Part shown: positions 1 through 9,447 of the stretch, one piece after another
Position numbering within the stretch: position 1 is the first letter of the stretch
Layout: every line of letters starts with the position of its first letter
DNA from: Methanobacteriota archaeon
GTDB lineage: Archaea; Halobacteriota; Bog-38; Methanoflorentales; Methanoflorentaceae
Direction: 5' to 3'
NCBI GenBank assembly: GCA_963701995.1
Contig: OY969693.1
Span: forward strand, 1,025,512 to 1,089,511
Length of the DNA: 64,000 nt
Program-made: the position numbers and the translations under genes
The notes under the pieces: generated by a model
Told to the model about the DNA's origin: nothing
Databases searched by the model: none
The model's input: only the letters and a program-made list of their open reading frames with translations

Positions 1-284
1 GCAGTAATAAAATCCAATTCCGCTGTTGTATTGCGCGGAGCCCCCACCGTGTTTTCAATTCGTGGGTGGTCATCCATCAGCATTCCGGGAACGTTGTATG
101 CGAGCAGGTGAGTGACCTGCCTCACCTGGCCGTCTGTAACGATGTCAACGCCGGCTCTTAGCTGGTCCTGAACCGCCTTTTTGACCGCTGCGGTGAATGG
201 GTTCTCGCCACCTGCTCGGACGTACGCTCGTATCGAGTTGAGATCTGGTCGCGTTGGGTAACCGCTCAAGTTCGCCGATAGCAT
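1..284 (-). CDS. metE: cobalamin-independent methionine synthase (MetE-like, short archaeal type), N-terminal fragment; gene runs off the window start
   Basis: Reverse-strand translation from ATG at 284-282 gives MLSANLSGYPTRPDLNSIRAYVRAGGENPFTAAVKKAVQDQLRAGVDIVTDGQVRQ..., matching the MetE C-terminal-domain family N-terminus (GYPR, AGxDIxTDGQ/E). No stop codon before position 1. Confidence 0.5.
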   Translation of the reverse strand, partial: MLSANLSGYPTRPDLNSIRAYVRAGGENPFTAAVKKAVQDQLRAGVDIVTDGQVRQVTHLLAYNVPGMLMDDHPRIENTVGAPRNTTAELDFIT

Positions 285-285
285 G

Positions 286-1353
286 CTAAGAACCCGCCGG
301 CAGCATTTTTTCTTGTTGCGTCTCTCGGTACGTCCTGAACAAAGCGAGGGCTAGGCCGTAAGCCGCTGGTCCTATGACGAAGCCAATCGGCCCGAGTGCT
401 AAGATGGGGGCCGTGAACGCGAGAATCGTCAGTGCTTGAGGCACCCTGCCGGTGCGATGGGCCCACATCGGAAGTATGTACAAGCCCGTAAGCTGATCAA
501 GCACTGCCCAGCTAAAAACCAATAGAACCACGGCCTTTATCGGATCTCCGATAAGCAGGTAATAGAGTGTGAGCGGTACGTACACGATTGCCCTCCCAAT
601 GACGGGGATGAGCCCAAAAATCGCAATGAGTATTGCGAACGTAATGAAATAGGGCACACCGAGGATTGCGTATCCCACCGCCGCTAAGATGCCACTCACG
701 ATACTGGATCCGAGATTGACGACGTAGAGTGAGTAATATATCAGTTGGAGGTGTCCCAGAAAGCGATTTACGACGGTTTGGTACTCCACCGGTACTAGCG
801 TGATCATTTCGTCGACGAAACCCTTTCCACGCAGCAAGAGGTAATAAAGAAGCAAAGTTACGATCACCAGTTCGACGACGTAGAGCGGTATGTTTGGAAT
901 GACCCGTTCTATGACACTTGTTGAGCTCGATAGCACATCCTTCAGAATGGTCGACAATATCTCAGAAATCCTACCCTGTAAGCTTGCGACTTGGAGGCTC
1001 TCGCTTATTCGCGCGCTAAGGCTCGTGATTAGACTTTGGGAGCCCTGGTTGAGCAACTTGTCAAGGTTCTCAGAAGAGATAGATAGACTAGCGATCTCAC
1101 TGTATAATATGTAAACGATGTCTAGCAATACGAACGCGAGGGCTGCGAAGATGGAAACGATGACGATCAGAATGGCGCTTCGTCGTCGGTGGATGCGTTT
1201 TTCGAGCCACGCAGTGGGGTATTGTAGAATGAAAGCGAGCAATAGCGTTATGGCAATGACGTCTTTGAATGGCCACGAGATAAATACAAGGACTGTGGCA
1301 ACACTCGCTACAAGGACTAGGAGCACTAGCCTATCGCGTAGCTTTTTGTCCAT
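286..1353 (-). CDS. AI-2E family transporter (UPF0118 / PerM-like permease)
   Basis: 355-aa polytopic membrane protein with about eight TM helices; size and hydrophobic pattern typical of the AI-2E/UPF0118 family. Stop abuts the metE-like start. Confidence 0.5.
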   Translation of the reverse strand: MDKKLRDRLVLLVLVASVATVLVFISWPFKDVIAITLLLAFILQYPTAWLEKRIHRRRSAILIVIVSIFAALAFVLLDIVYILYSEIASLSISSENLDKLLNQGSQSLITSLSARISESLQVASLQGRISEILSTILKDVLSSSTSVIERVIPNIPLYVVELVIVTLLLYYLLLRGKGFVDEMITLVPVEYQTVVNRFLGHLQLIYYSLYVVNLGSSIVSGILAAVGYAILGVPYFITFAILIAIFGLIPVIGRAIVYVPLTLYYLLIGDPIKAVVLLVFSWAVLDQLTGLYILPMWAHRTGRVPQALTILAFTAPILALGPIGFVIGPAAYGLALALFRTYRETQQEKMLPAGS

Positions 1354-1458
1354 AGATTCGGTGCGGCCCCTTCCTCAACTCACTACTCATCCGAGATCAA
1401 GCTTTCTATGCGCGCGCATCGACAGCGTTATTATCTTCGTCCTCGTGTAACTCACTGT

Positions 1459-1818
1459 ATGGACCGACTAGACAAGATCTTTGAATTACAGGCGAGCTTT
1501 GACGAATCCGTTCAAAATCGAGCCCCTTTCAACGAGTGGAGCAAAGAAGACCGGGTCGTGGCCTTGCTTGGGCATCTGATACAGGAGTCTTACGAGACGC
1601 GCAACACGCTGGGCGTTGTCATCACCGGTGAGAGGAAGTGGTGGAAAAAACACACATTGTCTGCGGAAAAGTGGCGCAGCGTTCACGAAGAACTAATTGA
1701 TTGCTTGCACTTCCTCGTGTCTGCGATGATCAGTGCAGGTCTAACGCCACAAACGGTCATCGAAGCGTATGAAAAAAAGAACCTCATCAATAGAAAGAGG
1801 CAAGCTGAGAGCTATTAG
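1459..1818 (+). CDS. all-alpha NTP pyrophosphohydrolase, dimeric dUTPase / MazG-like
   Basis: Start placed at MDRLDKIFELQ. Small helical protein with W/E/K-rich pattern (NEWSKEDRVVALLGHLIQESYE...KWWKK...EELIDCLHFL) reminiscent of the dUTPase_2 / MazG superfamily. Stop overlaps the stop of the convergent EndoQ-like gene. Confidence 0.4.
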   Translation: MDRLDKIFELQASFDESVQNRAPFNEWSKEDRVVALLGHLIQESYETRNTLGVVITGERKWWKKHTLSAEKWRSVHEELIDCLHFLVSAMISAGLTPQTVIEAYEKKNLINRKRQAESY

Positions 1819-2987
1819 ATCTTGATCTTTCCATACCAACCGCCTCTGCCCACAAACTCGAAGTCGATAGCATCTTTTCTGAACCGTCCAAGCACTTCCG
1901 CGAGTTCTGGGTGCCGTTGCCTCACGTCACCTAGAGGCGCATCGATTAGAATGTTTATTTCGTTATCAAATTCCCGTATCAGTTCGCCGTAAATCTTCTT
2001 GACGTTCATTGGCTTGGAACGCTTCATAGCCTTCAGTATCTCTAAGAGCGGCACGGCGTGTATATATGGCGGCCTTTGTGCTAAGGGAACCTCGTAACTC
2101 TTGAGCGCCAGGAGCCGTATCCTATCTTTCACACCTATCTTGAGTGGTCCGCCGCACTCGGGACAGGTTTTTAGGACGTTTCCATCGGTGGTGATATCTT
2201 CCAGGTCGTAAGCTTTTTTGCAGCGACGGCACCCTGTCAGATGGTACTTGCCCTCTCGTGGGTCGAGACCTACGTTGAGGACTACCCCCCGACCGTTGAC
2301 TCCCTGAAATGCTCGACGTATCTCGCGAAAACTTGGGCGTCGCAAGCAGAATCGCGTAAACTCTCTGCCTAACTTATCAGGCGCCGCCGAATGCGCGTCA
2401 CTGAACGACACGAAGGTGCACGAATCCAACTCCGCTAGCTTGCTGGCCATTTTGGTGTCAGCACTTAGTCCAAGCTCTAGAAAGGTGACAAGATCGCGAT
2501 TCCCCCCATAACACTCGCGGATGCTGTCGTAAGCGGCGTACATTGATGTCCAAGGAGTGAAGGCGTGTGACGGCCCCGCGAGCGCGTCGACTTCACGAAC
2601 TAGACTGATAAGTTCTTCAGGTGATATTTTAAGCTGAGGTCTGCCGCCAGTTAATCGTGAATATCCGTTCTTCAGCATCACTTCGCGGAGTTCGTGCGCG
2701 GAAGAGAAACTCGGAAACAATATCAGATGATGAACACGCCCCTTGACCGTTGTTTCAACTTCGGTTTGAATTACATAGGTAATTCCATCAATCTCATAGC
2801 AGTCTCCATGCTTTTCCAAGCTCGATTCTAGCTCTTCTAGCCACACGCCCTGAAGACAATCGCCAGTTCCGAGCACTTGAACGCCTTTCAGATGAGCAGT
2901 TTCGCACATTCGTGGCAGGTCCATCTTGGGGCTCGTCCCGATGCTGAAACGTGAGTGTAGGTGCAGATCCACGTCAAAGTGCTTCAT
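1815..2987 (-). CDS. endonuclease Q-like PHP-domain nuclease with C-terminal zinc ribbon
   Basis: MKHFDVDLHLHSRFS is the PHP-domain N-terminal metal motif. About 390 aa with CRRC...CPEC zinc finger, the architecture of archaeal EndoQ, which cleaves at dU and hypoxanthine. Start trimmed to the ATG at 2987; a TATA-like tttatat lies about 25 nt upstream on the minus strand. Confidence 0.55.
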   Translation of the reverse strand: MKHFDVDLHLHSRFSIGTSPKMDLPRMCETAHLKGVQVLGTGDCLQGVWLEELESSLEKHGDCYEIDGITYVIQTEVETTVKGRVHHLILFPSFSSAHELREVMLKNGYSRLTGGRPQLKISPEELISLVREVDALAGPSHAFTPWTSMYAAYDSIRECYGGNRDLVTFLELGLSADTKMASKLAELDSCTFVSFSDAHSAAPDKLGREFTRFCLRRPSFREIRRAFQGVNGRGVVLNVGLDPREGKYHLTGCRRCKKAYDLEDITTDGNVLKTCPECGGPLKIGVKDRIRLLALKSYEVPLAQRPPYIHAVPLLEILKAMKRSKPMNVKKIYGELIREFDNEINILIDAPLGDVRQRHPELAEVLGRFRKDAIDFEFVGRGGWYGKIKI

Positions 2988-3119
2988 CTCTTGGTATTTC
3001 GTAAAACAGATATAAATAGCTAAATAGCTCACAATCGCTTTCGTAAAGACGAACACGGAAGTAGTTTTTTAAGTCAAGAAAAGAAAAGAAAGTATGAGAA
3101 TGCTAGACGCCTGAAGCGA

Positions 3120-4001
3120 TTGGACTCTATGGATAAAATTTACACAGCGATCACCGAGGCTGCCAATGAACTGGCAAAAAAGATCAATGCCGCACATATT
3201 TTTGTGATCTCAGATGCATCGTGTATCGAGGTGCCCTGCGACGTCCCTTCGACTTTTATTGAAACCTCTTCGCTAACCAAAGGCGTCACTAAAGAGTTGC
3301 GAGATCTCCTGAGCGAAAGCGCAACCCAGGACCTCAAAACCAAAATCGTTGCCCCCGCATTCAATGATTTCGCGCTTGTGCAGGACATTGCCACTACGGC
3401 CTATGTTCAGGACGTAGTAAGTGGCGGGTACATCGTTGGCGTGTTATGCCTGGCGGACCTATCGTCTATCGTTGTGTGTGACCTCAAACAGCTTGTAACG
3501 GTGCAGGCAATAGACAAGACAGCGGAACGCGTGGATCCAACGGCGCTAAAAGCGGTGTTGCGATTGGCTCTTGAATTGGGAAGAGAGGGCCGAGAGGGCA
3601 AGAAGGTGGGAACGGCATTCATAGTTGGGGACACGAATGAAGTGCTGCGAAGATCACATCAGCTTATTCTCAATCCGTACAAGGGACACGCCGAAGATAT
3701 GCGGGACATAAAGAATCATTCGCATTGGGAAACCATCAAAGAATTTGCTCAGCTAGACGGCGTTTTTATTGTAGACGAGAAAGGGATCATCACGTCAGCC
3801 GGCAGATACTTAGACGTAAACACAAAATTAATCGAGTTAGAGGGGTTAGGGGGTCGACACATATCGGCGCTTGCGATTACGCGCGAGACACACGCAATAG
3901 CAATAACCGTTTCAGAAAGTGGGGGAACAGTCCGCCTTTTCAAAGACGGCATCGAAACCAGAATCGAGCCGAGCGCTGACCTGTTCTTACTCCTACCATA
4001 A
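3120..4001 (+). CDS. dacZ: diadenylate cyclase DacZ-type (N-terminal domain + C-terminal DAC domain), c-di-AMP synthase
   Basis: C-terminal half carries the DAC signatures: LDGVFIVDEKG (DGA-type motif), GGRHISALAITRETHAIAITVSESGGTVRLFKDG (RHR-type motif) and GTAFIVGD. Confidence 0.65.
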   Translation: MDSMDKIYTAITEAANELAKKINAAHIFVISDASCIEVPCDVPSTFIETSSLTKGVTKELRDLLSESATQDLKTKIVAPAFNDFALVQDIATTAYVQDVVSGGYIVGVLCLADLSSIVVCDLKQLVTVQAIDKTAERVDPTALKAVLRLALELGREGREGKKVGTAFIVGDTNEVLRRSHQLILNPYKGHAEDMRDIKNHSHWETIKEFAQLDGVFIVDEKGIITSAGRYLDVNTKLIELEGLGGRHISALAITRETHAIAITVSESGGTVRLFKDGIETRIEPSADLFLLLP

Positions 4002-4084
4002 TGCGATCACCCAGCTGTAGATCGTGTTAGCACCGAATCAGCGAAGTGATGCTCGTCGTCGTCTCAGAATTGGTCCGCCCATGG

Positions 4085-4093
4085 TTTTTTCTT
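4085..4093 (+). terminator. oligo-T tract downstream of dacZ (archaeal intrinsic terminator candidate)
   Basis: ggttttttctt about 85 nt after the dacZ stop. Confidence 0.25.
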
Positions 4094-4206
4094 CACGCGT
4101 GCCGATTTATCTTTCCTTAGGGCTTAGCCTGTTCAATCCGCGCGCTGAAAAAGCATCTCGTGTGAGGCGTTAAGGAGAAAGCTGAATGCACGAGTGACAA
4201 AGTTTA

Positions 4207-4312
4207 TGCGGGGGGTGCGATTTGAACGCACGAACTCCTATGAGACAGGGTATCTTACTTGCACGTCGCAGCCCTAAGCCCTGCGCCTTTGACCTAGCTT
4301 GGCAACCCCCGC
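4207..4312 (-). tRNA. tRNA-Leu(UAG) with a 21-nt intron in the anticodon loop
   Basis: Reverse complement folds as acceptor GCGGGGG/CCCCCGC, D-arm GCCAAGCTAGGTCAAAGGCG, anticodon stem CAGGG/CCCTG with loop CTTAGG(G/A). A 21-nt insert follows position 37/38. Long variable arm TCTCATAGGAGTT, T-arm CGTGCG-TTCAAAT-CGCAC. Backbone identical to tRNA-Leu(GAG) at 44935-45019. Confidence 0.85.
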
Positions 4313-4321
4313 TAAGCACTC

Positions 4322-4906
4322 TCATGTGTTGCTATTATTTAAGAATCTGGCTGCACCGTATGCCACGAGTATGAAGACCGGTGTAAGGAGGAAAGTGAAA
4401 ATGGCGATCTGCGTGATGTCGCTTGCCGGTATGGGTGGATGAGTGCCCAAAAAATAATCCGCGAAATCGTTTGCAAGAAACCATATGAGCGCAACGGCGA
4501 TGAACCTCTGCTTCAGCTGCCGAATTAACATGAGTGGCAGAATGAACTCGGCAGCCATCGCGACATGCAATAGAACCAGCACTGAGTAAAAACTGCTGTC
4601 GACTGAGAAATAAAACGCAGTAAACGCTAAAATGACGAATACGGTCCACGTGCCGTATTTTGCCAATCCGATTGCAGTGATGAAATTGACAATATCGGAA
4701 CTGCGCCTCGTGCTCACGTAAACGGCTAGGACGGCCGCAGCGAGCATAGTGTACAGAGGGCAGTCTGGGATGAATATCCAGTAGACAGGGCTCGAAGAAA
4801 CCAGCTGATCCCAGTAGTAGAAGAAGCCGACTAACGTTCCCGCGACGTTGATAATTATGATCGCAACCAACAGCGGCGTGCTTTCCAAGATACCGCGGAG
4901 TTTCAC
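4322..4906 (-). CDS. small polytopic membrane protein (DUF1405-like), unknown function
   Basis: 194 aa, about five predicted TM helices; 4-nt overlap with the upstream acyltransferase gene. Confidence 0.4.
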   Translation of the reverse strand: MKLRGILESTPLLVAIIIINVAGTLVGFFYYWDQLVSSSPVYWIFIPDCPLYTMLAAAVLAVYVSTRRSSDIVNFITAIGLAKYGTWTVFVILAFTAFYFSVDSSFYSVLVLLHVAMAAEFILPLMLIRQLKQRFIAVALIWFLANDFADYFLGTHPPIPASDITQIAIFTFLLTPVFILVAYGAARFLNNSNT

Positions 4907-5520
4907 GTCGTGTCTTCACTCCTGATCTCTCGAGCGGGCACCCCGCCGACCAGAGCGTCGCTGGTGATGTCTCGATTAACAAGAGAGCAGGCAGAAATCG
5001 TAGCTCCGCTTCCAATGACCACGCCTGCTAAGACCGTCGAGTTTGCTCCTATCAGAACATTTTTGCCGATTTCGATCGGGCCCTTTTTCCATTTGCCTAT
5101 CAGGAATTCGTGACAAAGCAGGGTAGACCCATATCCGATGACGGAGTTGTCGCCAATTTCTATAAGTTCGGGAAAAAAGATGTCAAAAGTGACTTCCAAA
5201 CCGACAGAAACGTTCTTGCCGACTTTGATCCCAATTGAACGATATAGCGCGTTTTTTGTTTTCAGTGAAGGCAACAAGCCGCATATGCGCACAACGAGGT
5301 AGTTTAGGGCCACTCGCAGTGGGTTTTTGACTTTTGGCCAGTCCCACATTGAGTTACGTTCGTGAGCCGCATACTCGGTTAATCGACGCACGTAGTATCC
5401 AACGCGTACCTCTCGATTTATAGTTTTACCAAAACATTTAATTTCAATGGGGAGAGGATTCTGAGTGTAATTTTGGTGCCATTTGAATCGTAAGTCAATG
5501 GGAAAACGGAGGCCTATCAT
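4903..5520 (-). CDS. hexapeptide-repeat (LbH) acyl/acetyltransferase
   Basis: C-terminal LbH repeats (IGKNVLIGANSTVLAGVVIGSGATISACSLV) followed by the typical tail. Start set at MIGLRF (5520) so it does not overlap glmM; an upstream in-frame extension to 5706 is possible. Confidence 0.6.
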   Translation of the reverse strand: MIGLRFPIDLRFKWHQNYTQNPLPIEIKCFGKTINREVRVGYYVRRLTEYAAHERNSMWDWPKVKNPLRVALNYLVVRICGLLPSLKTKNALYRSIGIKVGKNVSVGLEVTFDIFFPELIEIGDNSVIGYGSTLLCHEFLIGKWKKGPIEIGKNVLIGANSTVLAGVVIGSGATISACSLVNRDITSDALVGGVPAREIRSEDTT

Positions 5521-6826
5521 GTTTGGATCTTCCGGAATTCGTGGAGTGGCCAACGAGAGGCTGACCTCAGAATTGGCGCTCAGTGTTGGGCTAGCCGTCG
5601 GATCTCGATGCAAATCTGCCGTTATAGGCAGAGATCCTCGGATCGCAAGCGAGATGATTGAATATGCACTCATCTCAGGGCTCACCGCCTGTGGGTGTGA
5701 CATCACCCGAATCGGCCTCGTCTCGACGCCGACTCTTTCTCACGCAGCCCGCAACTATGAGTGCGGGGTTATGGTTACCGCTTCACATAACCCTGCTGAA
5801 TACGTTGGCATCAAACTGTGGAACCCAGATGGCACCTCATTCAATAGCGAGCAGCAGGAAGACATCGAGTCATTGATCACCGAAGAAGAACCGCACCCCG
5901 CGTACAGAGGTAAGCGGGCCGGCTGGGACGCTATTGGGCAAATTGCGTCTTATGGCAATGCCATCAATGACCATAAAAAGGATATCCTTAATCATTTCAC
6001 CGATGTAAGCTGTCGCGTGGTTGTCGATTGCGGCTCAGGGGCAGGGGCGACCATCACACCATATGTGCTTAGAGAGATGGGATGCGACGTCATCACTTTG
6101 AATGCGCAGCCCGATGGATTTTTCCCTGCAAGAGATCCGGAGCCTATAGAAAGCAACTTGAATCTCCTGATTGAAGCTGTGCGAAGCTTCCGCGCCGATA
6201 TCGGTATAGCCCACGATGGTGACGCTGATCGTATGATGGCGGTAGACCGAGGTGGCAGGTATATAGCTGGTGATGAAATGCTCGCGCTGTTCGGCGTGAA
6301 CGAGGCAAAAAATATTGCAGTGTATCCTGTCGACGTTTCGCACATGGTCGATGACGTCCTCACCTGTGCGATTCATCGAACACGCGTAGGTGACGTGTAC
6401 GTCGCGGAAGAAGTCAAACGTGCAGGGGCGGACTTCGGTGGCGAAAGTAGCGGTAGCTGGATTTTTCCCCGCATTTCCTATACTCCGGACGGTATCTATG
6501 CAGCGGCACTGATCGTATCAATTGCTAGTCAGCAATCGATCTCCGACGTGATTGCACAGTTTCCCAAGTATCACATTTTGCGAGGGTCAGTTGCTTACAG
6601 CGGTGAAAACGATCCAATAGCTGCGATTACTCAAGAATTGCGTTCTCTCGACTATATTGAGATGACGACCATTGATGGCGTAAGGCTTGATTTTGAAGAC
6701 GGTTGGATACTAGTGAGAAGATCAGGAACAGAACCAAAGATAAGAATTACTGCGGAGGCAAGAGACGCAGCGATGACAAAAAGGCTTTATGAAAAAGCGT
6801 CGGCAATTGTGCAGAGGCACCTCTAA
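5519..6826 (+). CDS. glmM: phosphoglucosamine mutase / phosphohexomutase (alpha-D-phosphohexomutase family)
   Basis: N-terminal GIRG and the phosphoserine loop TASHNPAEYVGIKL; 436 aa. Confidence 0.85.
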   Translation: MFGSSGIRGVANERLTSELALSVGLAVGSRCKSAVIGRDPRIASEMIEYALISGLTACGCDITRIGLVSTPTLSHAARNYECGVMVTASHNPAEYVGIKLWNPDGTSFNSEQQEDIESLITEEEPHPAYRGKRAGWDAIGQIASYGNAINDHKKDILNHFTDVSCRVVVDCGSGAGATITPYVLREMGCDVITLNAQPDGFFPARDPEPIESNLNLLIEAVRSFRADIGIAHDGDADRMMAVDRGGRYIAGDEMLALFGVNEAKNIAVYPVDVSHMVDDVLTCAIHRTRVGDVYVAEEVKRAGADFGGESSGSWIFPRISYTPDGIYAAALIVSIASQQSISDVIAQFPKYHILRGSVAYSGENDPIAAITQELRSLDYIEMTTIDGVRLDFEDGWILVRRSGTEPKIRITAEARDAAMTKRLYEKASAIVQRHL

Positions 6827-8058
6827 TGTTAGCGGTCGTACTTGGTGCCGGCGAAGGCACACGGATGCGCCCACTGACCTATAACCGCCCCAAAGTCATG
6901 CTCCCGGTGCTGGGCACGCCCATACTCGAACGTATAGTTAGCTCATGTGTCGAAGCAGGCATTTTGCGCGTAATAATCGTGACCGGTTACCACGAGGAAG
7001 CAATTCGCTCACATTTCGATAAAGCGGAGCTCGGAGCCCAGATTGAGTACGTCAGACAAGAACAGCAATGCGGGACGGCCGACGCAATTAACCAAGTTAG
7101 GGATCTCGTAGATGAGCGCTTTCTCGCGCTCAATGGCGATAGCTTGGTAAGCTCACCCACATTGAAGCTCATCGCACAGACAGCGCCAGACCGAGTAGTC
7201 CAGATCGCGGCGAAGAGAGTGAAAGAACCGAGCAACTACGGCATACTTGAAGTCATTGACGACGCTGTGGTTCGAATAACGGAAAAACCTGATGAGCCCC
7301 TCTCGGATTTGGCAAACCTCGGTATTTACGCCTTTGAGCCGGACATCTTCGAATGCATAGCTGCGACGCGGAAGTCGGCAAGGGGGGAGTACGAGATCAC
7401 TGACGCTATACAATTGCTCATCGATCAGGGCTACCCCGTTGGGTATACAAAGGTTGAGGAGCAGTGGATCGACATAGGAAGGCCCTGGGACTTGTTGAGC
7501 GCAAATGAGCTTCTGATGCAGACGCTCGAGAGCGCGAACGAGGGGGTCGTCGAGCCTCTTGCGACGTTAAAAGGCGTTGTGCGAATCGGACGTGGCTCGG
7601 TCATAAAAAATGGCGCCTACGTTGCCGGGCCGGTCATAATCGGCGAAGGATGTGAAATCGGGCCCAACTGCCTCTTACGTGCAGGTGCCTGCATAGGGAA
7701 TCGAGTCAAGATCGGCAACGCCGTCGAAGTGAAAAACTCAATCATAATGGATGAGAGCAAAATCGGACACTTGTCGTACGTCGGAGACAGCATCATCGGC
7801 GTGCGCTGTAATTTCGGTGCCGGTACTACAATCGCCAATCTGCGCTTTGATGAGAAGCGTATTAAACTCGGTGGCGCGGACACCGGTAGGCGGAAACTCG
7901 GCGTCATCATGGGTGACGACGTGCGCACAGGCATTAACAGCATGATAAACGTCGGCACGTCGATTGGTCCCGGATCGATACTCGGCGTGGGTGCGGTGGC
8001 TGCCGGAGTTTATCCTCCAGGCTCGAGAATCGAATCGAAATCTGCGACGCTGCAGTGA
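6826..8058 (+). CDS. glmU: bifunctional sugar-1-phosphate nucleotidyltransferase / acetyltransferase (archaeal GlmU-like, ST0452 type)
   Basis: N-terminal LGAGEGTRMRPLT nucleotidyltransferase loop plus C-terminal LbH repeats; start overlaps the glmM stop (TAATG). Confidence 0.8.
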   Translation: MLAVVLGAGEGTRMRPLTYNRPKVMLPVLGTPILERIVSSCVEAGILRVIIVTGYHEEAIRSHFDKAELGAQIEYVRQEQQCGTADAINQVRDLVDERFLALNGDSLVSSPTLKLIAQTAPDRVVQIAAKRVKEPSNYGILEVIDDAVVRITEKPDEPLSDLANLGIYAFEPDIFECIAATRKSARGEYEITDAIQLLIDQGYPVGYTKVEEQWIDIGRPWDLLSANELLMQTLESANEGVVEPLATLKGVVRIGRGSVIKNGAYVAGPVIIGEGCEIGPNCLLRAGACIGNRVKIGNAVEVKNSIIMDESKIGHLSYVGDSIIGVRCNFGAGTTIANLRFDEKRIKLGGADTGRRKLGVIMGDDVRTGINSMINVGTSIGPGSILGVGAVAAGVYPPGSRIESKSATLQ

Positions 8059-8128
8059 AGCGTATCGCTTGATTGTAGATGATAAGCTATTTAGCCGATG
8101 GTGCTTGTAAGCTCAGAGGAGACGAGAC

Positions 8129-9439
8129 ATGCGTGTTGCTGTTTTTATTGGGACGCGAGCGGAGCTCATAGGAATGGCCTCTTTTCTCAAGGAGGTCGAC
8201 AAGAACCCCGACACGGAACTCGTATTTACTCATACCGGGCAACATTTTGACCGCGAAATGTACGAGAACTTGCTTAAAGATTTGGGTCTTCGAGACCCCG
8301 ATTATGGCTTGTCGCTTGGCAACATGAGCTACAATAAGCAGATCTCCGGCATGATCAATCAAATCGATGATATATTGGAGAAAGCGCGGCCTGACTTTGT
8401 GTTTGTTCAAGGCAACGTAATCTCGTCTTTTAGCGCAGCCATCGCATCGTCGATGAACTTTGTTCCGGTCGGCCACATTGAATCGGGCTATCGGTCACTG
8501 CGGGACTTGCACAGCGATGTAAGAAGGAAAGTTATCGAAATGTGCTCGACGCTGTTTTTTCCTGTGTGTAACACGGCCCACCTAAACCTGCTTGAAGAGT
8601 GCTACGATCCTGATTGCGTCCACTACTTAGGTGATCCTCTCGTCGACGCACTTTTGGACTACAAGCCGACGGCGCAAAAGGCGGATTCTATCGAAGCGCT
8701 TTGTGAAGACGAACGACCGATTGTTGCAGTGGCGGTTAGGCTGCCGTGGAACATAGGAAGCCCTGAGGCGCTCGGCAGAATCACGAAAGCGGCGACTAGT
8801 CTCGATGAATACAACGTTGTCATGCTCTTGCACCCAAACACTAGGAGACATCTCGTCAAATTCGGCCTAATGGAAGAATTGCAATCGTGTGAGAACGTCC
8901 ATCTTATCGATCCATTGGCCTACACTGGTTTCCTAAGACTGATGATGGACTCTCACGTGTTAGTCACCGATTCCGGGGGCCCTCAGAAAGAAAGCGCCAT
9001 TCTGGAAACGCCGTGCATCACGCTGTCCGAGAGCACCTATTACACTGAGACCGTTGAAAATGGGTGGAATAGGTTACTAGGCAATAGCCCGCACCCGGAT
9101 GTCTTGACTGAAGCCGTACGGGCTACGGCGTCCGGGAAAAAAATAAGCGACCCGCTTAACGACGGCAAATCATCGCAGCGAATAATCTCTAAAGTCGTTC
9201 AGCTGTTCGAAGAAGGGCGTCTCACGATCTCTCCGCAAGTGGCAAAAACGAGCTTCTATGCTCACCTAACGGTTTTTTCGGAAGGGTTAATGGGCATGCG
9301 AACACGCGCCGCCTCTGACGCTGGCGGGACGGTTCAAGCGATGTTCGACCAAACAGGGGAAATCACGTTTGATCCGACGCAAGCTCAGATTGTCCGCACT
9401 TTCGGGCCAGTGCGAAAAACAAAAGAAACGGAAAAGTAA
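8129..9439 (+). CDS. wecB: UDP-N-acetylglucosamine 2-epimerase (non-hydrolysing) with about 60-aa C-terminal extension
   Basis: FIGTRAELIGMA and HTGQHFD motifs at the N-terminus, characteristic of WecB/MnaA. Confidence 0.8.
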   Translation: MRVAVFIGTRAELIGMASFLKEVDKNPDTELVFTHTGQHFDREMYENLLKDLGLRDPDYGLSLGNMSYNKQISGMINQIDDILEKARPDFVFVQGNVISSFSAAIASSMNFVPVGHIESGYRSLRDLHSDVRRKVIEMCSTLFFPVCNTAHLNLLEECYDPDCVHYLGDPLVDALLDYKPTAQKADSIEALCEDERPIVAVAVRLPWNIGSPEALGRITKAATSLDEYNVVMLLHPNTRRHLVKFGLMEELQSCENVHLIDPLAYTGFLRLMMDSHVLVTDSGGPQKESAILETPCITLSESTYYTETVENGWNRLLGNSPHPDVLTEAVRATASGKKISDPLNDGKSSQRIISKVVQLFEEGRLTISPQVAKTSFYAHLTVFSEGLMGMRTRAASDAGGTVQAMFDQTGEITFDPTQAQIVRTFGPVRKTKETEK

Positions 9440-9447
9440 GGTCACTG

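Noticed and set aside
4335-5015. 226-aa minus-strand ORF overlapping the DUF1405-like membrane gene in another frame
   Set aside because: Arg/His/Cys-rich and low-complexity, fully overlapped by a plausible membrane-protein frame plus the acyltransferase gene.
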